A stretch of DNA of 35,614 nt. It comes from an uncultured Candidatus Saccharibacteria bacterium. GTDB taxonomy: Bacteria > Patescibacteriota > Minisyncoccia > UBA6257 > JAGGUH01. The stretch lies in assembly GCA_964572495.1 (NCBI GenBank), contig CAZNFF010000001.1, forward strand, positions 1 through 35,614, written 5' to 3'. The notes below the pieces were generated by a model, which was not told the DNA's origin, did not search any database, and saw nothing but the letters and a program-made list of their open reading frames with translations. Made by a program: the position numbers and the translations under genes. Of this stretch, positions 31,199 to 35,614 are shown piece by piece; positions within the stretch are counted from its first letter, which is position 1; each line of letters starts with the position of its first letter.

Positions 31199-34090
31199 AT
31201 GGAAAAAGAAACGATTAAAATTATTGGTGCTAAAACTCATAATCTAAAAGAAATTTCTCTTGAGATTCCAAAAAATAAATTGGTGGTCATTTGTGGTCTC
31301 TCTGGTTCAGGAAAATCTTCTTTGGCTTTTGATACCATTTATATTGAAGGGCAAAGAAGATATCTTGAAAGTCTTTCCAGCTATGCCCGGCAATTTTTAG
31401 GTGGCTTTAGAAAAGCTGAAGTAGAAAAAATCGAAGGTCTTTCTCCAACCATTGCCATCAATCAGAAAACTATCACTTCCAATCCTCGCTCAACCGTTGG
31501 CACCGTAACTGAAATTTATGACTATCTAAGACTTCTTTTTGCTCGCTGCGCTAAACCCTTCTGTCCTTTTTGCCATCTGGAAATTAAAAGTCAAAGTTCA
31601 ACTGAAATTGTTCAAAAAATTTTAGATTTAGCCGAAAAATATTCTTCTTTGCTTATCTTAGCTCCAGTAATTTCTCAGAAAAAAGGAACTTTTAAAGGAG
31701 TGATTGAACAGATTGAAAGAAGCGGCTGGCCTCAGATAAGAATTGATGGTATTGTTTATTCCATTGATGAAGCCAAGTTAATTTCTCTTGATAAAAACAA
31801 AAGGCATAACATTGAAGTGGTGGTTGATAAAATTTCTTTTGAGCCTTTTTTGAAAAAAATTTCTTTAGTTGAGGCTCTTTCCAAAAAAGAAAAACAGGCT
31901 CTAAAAAGAAAAAAGAAGCGGCTAAAAGCAATTATTAATGAAGAAAAACAAAAAATCCTTGAAAGTGTAAAAAAAGCCTTGGAAATTGGAAAAGGGACGA
32001 TTTTGGTTGAAGCTTTATCAAAAGAAAACAAAAAAGAAGAATTTATTTTTTCAACTCTTTTTAGTTGTCCTCGCTGCGGCTTTTCTCTTCCTAAAATTGA
32101 ACCTAATCTTTTTTCTTTTAACAGTCCTTATGGTGCCTGCCCAGCTTGTCAAGGATTGGGACAAAAAATGGAAGTTGAAAAAAGTTTTATCTTAAACCCT
32201 GATCTTTCTTTAGCTGAAGGAGCCATTTTGCCTTTGGAGCGACTTTCCCGTTTTGGAAGGAGAGCTTTAGGAGTTTCTTATCTTAAATGGGAACTTGAAG
32301 AAATTTTAGAAGAAAATGGCTTTTCTTTTGATACCCCTTTCAAAAAACTTCCTAAAAAAATTCAAGATATAATTTTATATGGTGATTTAAATTTTGAAGG
32401 AGTTTTGCCTCGACTTCAAAGAGTTTATTATGAAACCGATTCTGATTTTATTCGAGAAGAAATCTCCCGATATCTTATTGAAAAACCCTGTCCAGAATGC
32501 CAAGGCGCTCGGCTTCGAAAAGAAGCTTTGGCTTTTAAAATCGGAGGTAAAAACATTTATGAAATTTGTCTTCTTTCAATTAAAGAACTAATCCAATTTT
32601 TCCAAAAAGTTGAAAAAGAATTTTCTTCTTCTTTGAAAAAAATTGCTTCTCCAATTATCAAAGAAATTCTTCTTCGAGCCCGATTTTTAGAAGATGTTGG
32701 ACTTTCTTATCTTAATTTAGCTCGCTCGGCTTCCACTTTAGCGGTTGGAGAAAATCAAAGAATGAGACTTGCCACCCAGCTTGGTTCCTCTCTTTCCGGA
32801 ATTATTTATGTTTTAGATGAACCTACTATTGGTCTTCATCAAAGAGATATTGCTCGGCTCATTAAAGCTTTAAAAAAACTTCGCGATCTTGGAAATACCA
32901 TTATTGTGGTTGAACATGATGAAAGAGTGATTAAAGAAAGCGATTGGGTGATTGAAATTGGACCTGGAGCTGGTAAAGAAGGAGGAAAAATTGTTTTTCA
33001 AGGACCAAGAGAAAAATTTGAAAAAGCTTCTACTTTAACTGCAAAATATCTTTCCGGAAAACTTAAAACTTCTTCTGGTTTTAAAAAAGAAAAAGTTTCT
33101 CCTTCGGATAAATGGCTTGAGGTTGTTGGTGCTAAAGAATTTAATCTTAAGAATGTTCATTTTAAAATGCCTCTAGGAAAATTTGTAGTGGTTTGTGGTG
33201 TCTCTGGCTCTGGCAAAAGCACTTTAGTGATTGAAATTTTAGCCAAGGCGCTTCAAAAAATTTTAAATCATCAAAAAGTAATCCCTGGAAAATATGAAAA
33301 AATAAAAGGAATTGAAAATTTAGACAAAGTGATTTTAGTTGATCAATCTCCAATTGGAAGAACCCCAAGGTCAAATCCTGCCACTTATACCGGAGTTTTC
33401 ACTTATATCCGAGAAGTTTTTGCCCACCTTAATGAATCAAGATTAAGAGGATACACTCCTTCCCATTTTAGTTTTAATACTCGAGCTGGAAGATGCGAGG
33501 CTTGCAAAGGAGAAGGTTTTAAAAAGATTGAAATGTATTTTTTGCCTGATATTTATGTTGAATGCGAAGTTTGCCAAGGTAAAAGATATCAGCCAGAGAT
33601 TTTAGAAGTAAAGTTTAAAGGAAAAAACATTGCCGAAGTTTTGGAAATGTCAGTTAAAGAGGCTTTAAACTTTTTTAAAGAATTTCCGACAATTAGAGAA
33701 AAGCTTTCTTTGCTGGATGAAGTAGGACTTGGCTATCTTCAGTTAGGTCAACCAGCAACCACCCTTTCTGGTGGTGAAGCTCAACGAATCAAATTAGCGC
33801 TTCAGCTTTCAAAAAAAGCCACTGGAAAAACTTTATACATTTTAGATGAACCAACCGTTGGGCTTCATTTTGAAGATATCAAAAAGCTTTTAATGGTTTT
33901 AAGAAAACTTCAGAAAAAAGGCAATTCTATTTTAGTAATTGAACACAATCCTGAATTTATCAAAGAAGCTGATTGGATCGTTGAGCTTGGACCAGAAGGA
34001 GGCAAAGAAGGGGGAAGAATTATTTTTGAAGGAACTTTAGAGGATCTTAAAAAAGCTTCAACCCCGACTTCAAAATTTCTTTTTTCCTAA
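31199..34090 (+). CDS. uvrA: Excinuclease ABC subunit A
   Basis: Two ABC modules (Walker [13 protein letters not shown] and [11 protein letters not shown]; signatures LSGGEAQR and AVGENQR). Zn modules CPRCGF...[23 protein letters not shown]...CEVCQGKRY. It is 963 aa. Confidence 0.97.
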   Translation: MEKETIKIIGAKTHNLKEISLEIPKNKLVVICGLSGSGKSSLAFDTIYIEGQRRYLESLSSYARQFLGGFRKAEVEKIEGLSPTIAINQKTITSNPRSTVGTVTEIYDYLRLLFARCAKPFCPFCHLEIKSQSSTEIVQKILDLAEKYSSLLILAPVISQKKGTFKGVIEQIERSGWPQIRIDGIVYSIDEAKLISLDKNKRHNIEVVVDKISFEPFLKKISLVEALSKKEKQALKRKKKRLKAIINEEKQKILESVKKALEIGKGTILVEALSKENKKEEFIFSTLFSCPRCGFSLPKIEPNLFSFNSPYGACPACQGLGQKMEVEKSFILNPDLSLAEGAILPLERLSRFGRRALGVSYLKWELEEILEENGFSFDTPFKKLPKKIQDIILYGDLNFEGVLPRLQRVYYETDSDFIREEISRYLIEKPCPECQGARLRKEALAFKIGGKNIYEICLLSIKELIQFFQKVEKEFSSSLKKIASPIIKEILLRARFLEDVGLSYLNLARSASTLAVGENQRMRLATQLGSSLSGIIYVLDEPTIGLHQRDIARLIKALKKLRDLGNTIIVVEHDERVIKESDWVIEIGPGAGKEGGKIVFQGPREKFEKASTLTAKYLSGKLKTSSGFKKEKVSPSDKWLEVVGAKEFNLKNVHFKMPLGKFVVVCGVSGSGKSTLVIEILAKALQKILNHQKVIPGKYEKIKGIENLDKVILVDQSPIGRTPRSNPATYTGVFTYIREVFAHLNESRLRGYTPSHFSFNTRAGRCEACKGEGFKKIEMYFLPDIYVECEVCQGKRYQPEILEVKFKGKNIAEVLEMSVKEALNFFKEFPTIREKLSLLDEVGLGYLQLGQPATTLSGGEAQRIKLALQLSKKATGKTLYILDEPTVGLHFEDIKKLLMVLRKLQKKGNSILVIEHNPEFIKEADWIVELGPEGGKEGGRIIFEGTLEDLKKASTPTSKFLFS

Positions 34091-35130
34091 AGCTTTAAGT
34101 TAGGCAAAGCCACTAATCTTTTTTTAATTTCTTTTCGATGAAAATAACCTGCCAGAGCAATCATTACCGCATTATCAGTGGCAAAATTTTTTTCTGGAAA
34201 AAAAATTTTTGCCTTCACCAAATTTTCTTTGGCTCTTTTTTTAAATTCTTTTCTTAAAAATTCATTTGCCGCCACTCCACCGCAAACCACAATTGATTTT
34301 ACTTTAAATTCTTTTGCCGCTCTTAAAGTTTTTTCAATTAAAACTTTAAAAGCTGCTTTTTGAAAAGAGGCACAAATTTGAGCTTTTTTCTTTTCCGGCA
34401 CAATAAAACTTTCTTTTAAAAAAACATTTTCTGGCTGTTTGGATTTAAAATGCTTTTTTAAGTAATAAAGCACCGCCGTTTTTAGTCCGGCATAAGAAAA
34501 ATCATAATTTTTCTGATTGATCATTGGAGAAGGAAAATCAATGATTGCTTTTCCTTTTTTTGCCATTTTTTCAATTTCTTTTCCAGCCGGATAAGCAAAG
34601 CCAAGCATCCGCCCAACTTTATCAAAAGCTTCTCCAACAGCATCATCTTTGGTTTCGCCTAAAATTTTGTAAGAAAGTGGTTTTTTGGAGAGAACTAAAA
34701 GAGTATGACCCCCAGAAATAATTAAGCTTACTAAAGGAAATTGAGGTAAAGGTTTTTTTAAAAAAACTGAAAAAAGATGACCCTCAAGATGATTAACCCC
34801 AACAATTGGAAGATTTAATTTTTTTGAAATCTTTTTAGCAAAATTAATTCCTTCCCAAAGACAAGGAGAAAGCCCCGGACCGACAGTCACGGCAATTAGC
34901 TCTGGTTTTTCTTTTAAAGAAGAAATTTTTTCCCATAAAATTGGCAAGTTTTTTGAATGTTCTCTTTTTGCCAAAGAAGGAACGATGCCTCCATATTTTT
35001 GATGGATTTTGATTTGGGAAGCAACCAAATCTGAAAGGATTTTTACCTTTAAAGAAAAAAAATCTCCTGAAGCTTCAATTAAAGCTAAAGCGGTTTCATC
35101 ACAAGAAGTTTCAATGCCCAAAACTTTCAT
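34087..35130 (-). CDS. tsaD: tRNA N6-adenosine threonylcarbamoyltransferase (Kae1/TsaD family)
   Basis: MKVLGIETSCDETALA, IISGGHT, DDAVGEAFDKVGR, CGGVAANEFLR. I prefer the start at the internal ATG (35130, MKVLGIETS), which matches family N-termini. The track start at 35166 adds 12 poorly conserved residues. Confidence 0.9.
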   Translation of the reverse strand: MKVLGIETSCDETALALIEASGDFFSLKVKILSDLVASQIKIHQKYGGIVPSLAKREHSKNLPILWEKISSLKEKPELIAVTVGPGLSPCLWEGINFAKKISKKLNLPIVGVNHLEGHLFSVFLKKPLPQFPLVSLIISGGHTLLVLSKKPLSYKILGETKDDAVGEAFDKVGRMLGFAYPAGKEIEKMAKKGKAIIDFPSPMINQKNYDFSYAGLKTAVLYYLKKHFKSKQPENVFLKESFIVPEKKKAQICASFQKAAFKVLIEKTLRAAKEFKVKSIVVCGGVAANEFLRKEFKKRAKENLVKAKIFFPEKNFATDNAVMIALAGYFHRKEIKKRLVALPNLKL

Positions 35131-35180
35131 ACTTTTAAATATAGTTTTCTTTTTCCAAAAAGGCAAGTAAAATTAAAAAA

Positions 35181-35614
35181 ATGGAAGAGAAAAAATTAAT
35201 TGAAATTAAAGATGTCAAAAAAGTAGTCTTTGTTGGTGATACCCATGGCGATCTTGAAGCTTCTCAAAAAGTAATTGAGAGATATTTAGATTCTCAAACT
35301 GCTATTGTTTTTTTGGGTGATTATGTTGATCGCGGACCTTTCTCCAAAGAAAATATTGATTTTTTAATTCAAAAGAAAAAAGAAAATCCTAAAAGAATTT
35401 ATTTGCTTCAAGGAAATCATGAAGGCTATCCTTTTTTAAAATTTTCTCCAGCCAATTTTTGGGAAAGTTTAAGTCAAAAAGAATACCAAAAATATGTTTC
35501 TCTTTTTGAAAAATTTCCTTTAGTAGCAGTTACTTCTGAAATCATTGCCCTTCATGGCGCCTTGCCTGATCTTAAAAGTTTAGAAGAAATAGAAAAAATT
35601 AAACTTGGAGATAA
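35181..35614 (+). CDS. PPP-family metallophosphoesterase / Ser-Thr phosphatase-like protein, N-terminal part (runs off the window end)
   Basis: My own translation gives MEEKKLIEIKDVKKVVFVGDTHGDLEASQKVIERYLDSQTAIVFLGDYVDRGPFSKENIDFLIQKKKENPKRIYLLQGNHEGYPF...ALHGA. It contains the GDxHGD, GDxVDRG and GNHE signature motifs. It has no stop inside the window, so it is absent from the track. Confidence 0.75.
   Translation, partial: MEEKKLIEIKDVKKVVFVGDTHGDLEASQKVIERYLDSQTAIVFLGDYVDRGPFSKENIDFLIQKKKENPKRIYLLQGNHEGYPFLKFSPANFWESLSQKEYQKYVSLFEKFPLVAVTSEIIALHGALPDLKSLEEIEKIKLGD

Noticed and set aside
1-35614. CRISPR arrays, transposases or integrases, prophage genes, restriction-modification, toxin-antitoxin pairs or known defence systems.
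   Set aside because: I saw no spaced direct repeats and no recombinase, nuclease or reverse-transcriptase motifs in any ORF. Every ORF above about 100 aa is either a recognisable housekeeping gene or one of the few orphans listed in the features.
1-35614. An alternative genetic code (UGA recoded, as in some candidate phyla).
   Set aside because: TGA ends several genes exactly where their homologues end, and it forms the ATGA overlaps with the next start codon. All conserved proteins are full-length under the standard code.

Overview
This is an AT-rich, very gene-dense window with about 37 protein genes. Intergenic DNA is almost absent and many neighbouring genes share 4-nt ATGA stop/start overlaps. 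The content is mostly core information-processing and proteostasis genes. These include five aminoacyl-tRNA synthetases (aspS, thrS, hisS, alaS, tyrS), dnaE, holB, uvrA, parB, rpsU, rpsO-pnp, tig-clpP, clpB, htrA, lepB, pth, tsaD, mreB, ndk and ppaC. Several conserved proteins have lost domains cleanly: AspRS lacks the GAD insertion, AlaRS lacks C-Ala, and trigger factor lacks its PPIase domain. Two translation components look archaeal in type: a ThrRS with a DTD-like N-terminal editing domain, and a Trm5-like methyltransferase. By inference only, this fits a streamlined small genome of the CPR/Patescibacteria kind using the standard code, since TGA clearly acts as a stop. I see no CRISPR array, transposase, integrase, rRNA, tRNA, or recognisable multi-gene defence or secretion system, and I will not claim one. 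The items most worth follow-up are single loci. (1) A roughly 165-nt rod-shaped RNA with a central bubble (6S-like), framed by a promoter and a terminator, lies in the only sizeable non-coding gap (2413-2614). (2) A protein fuses sigma-70 region 4 to three tandem HARE-HTH-like winged helices and sits directly upstream of htrA. (3) A secreted caspase-fold (clan CD) protease. (4) A perfect 22-bp palindrome upstream of aspS. (5) Four coding regions are absent from the ORF track: a 59-aa ferredoxin, a 46-aa TM peptide, and partial genes at both window edges.
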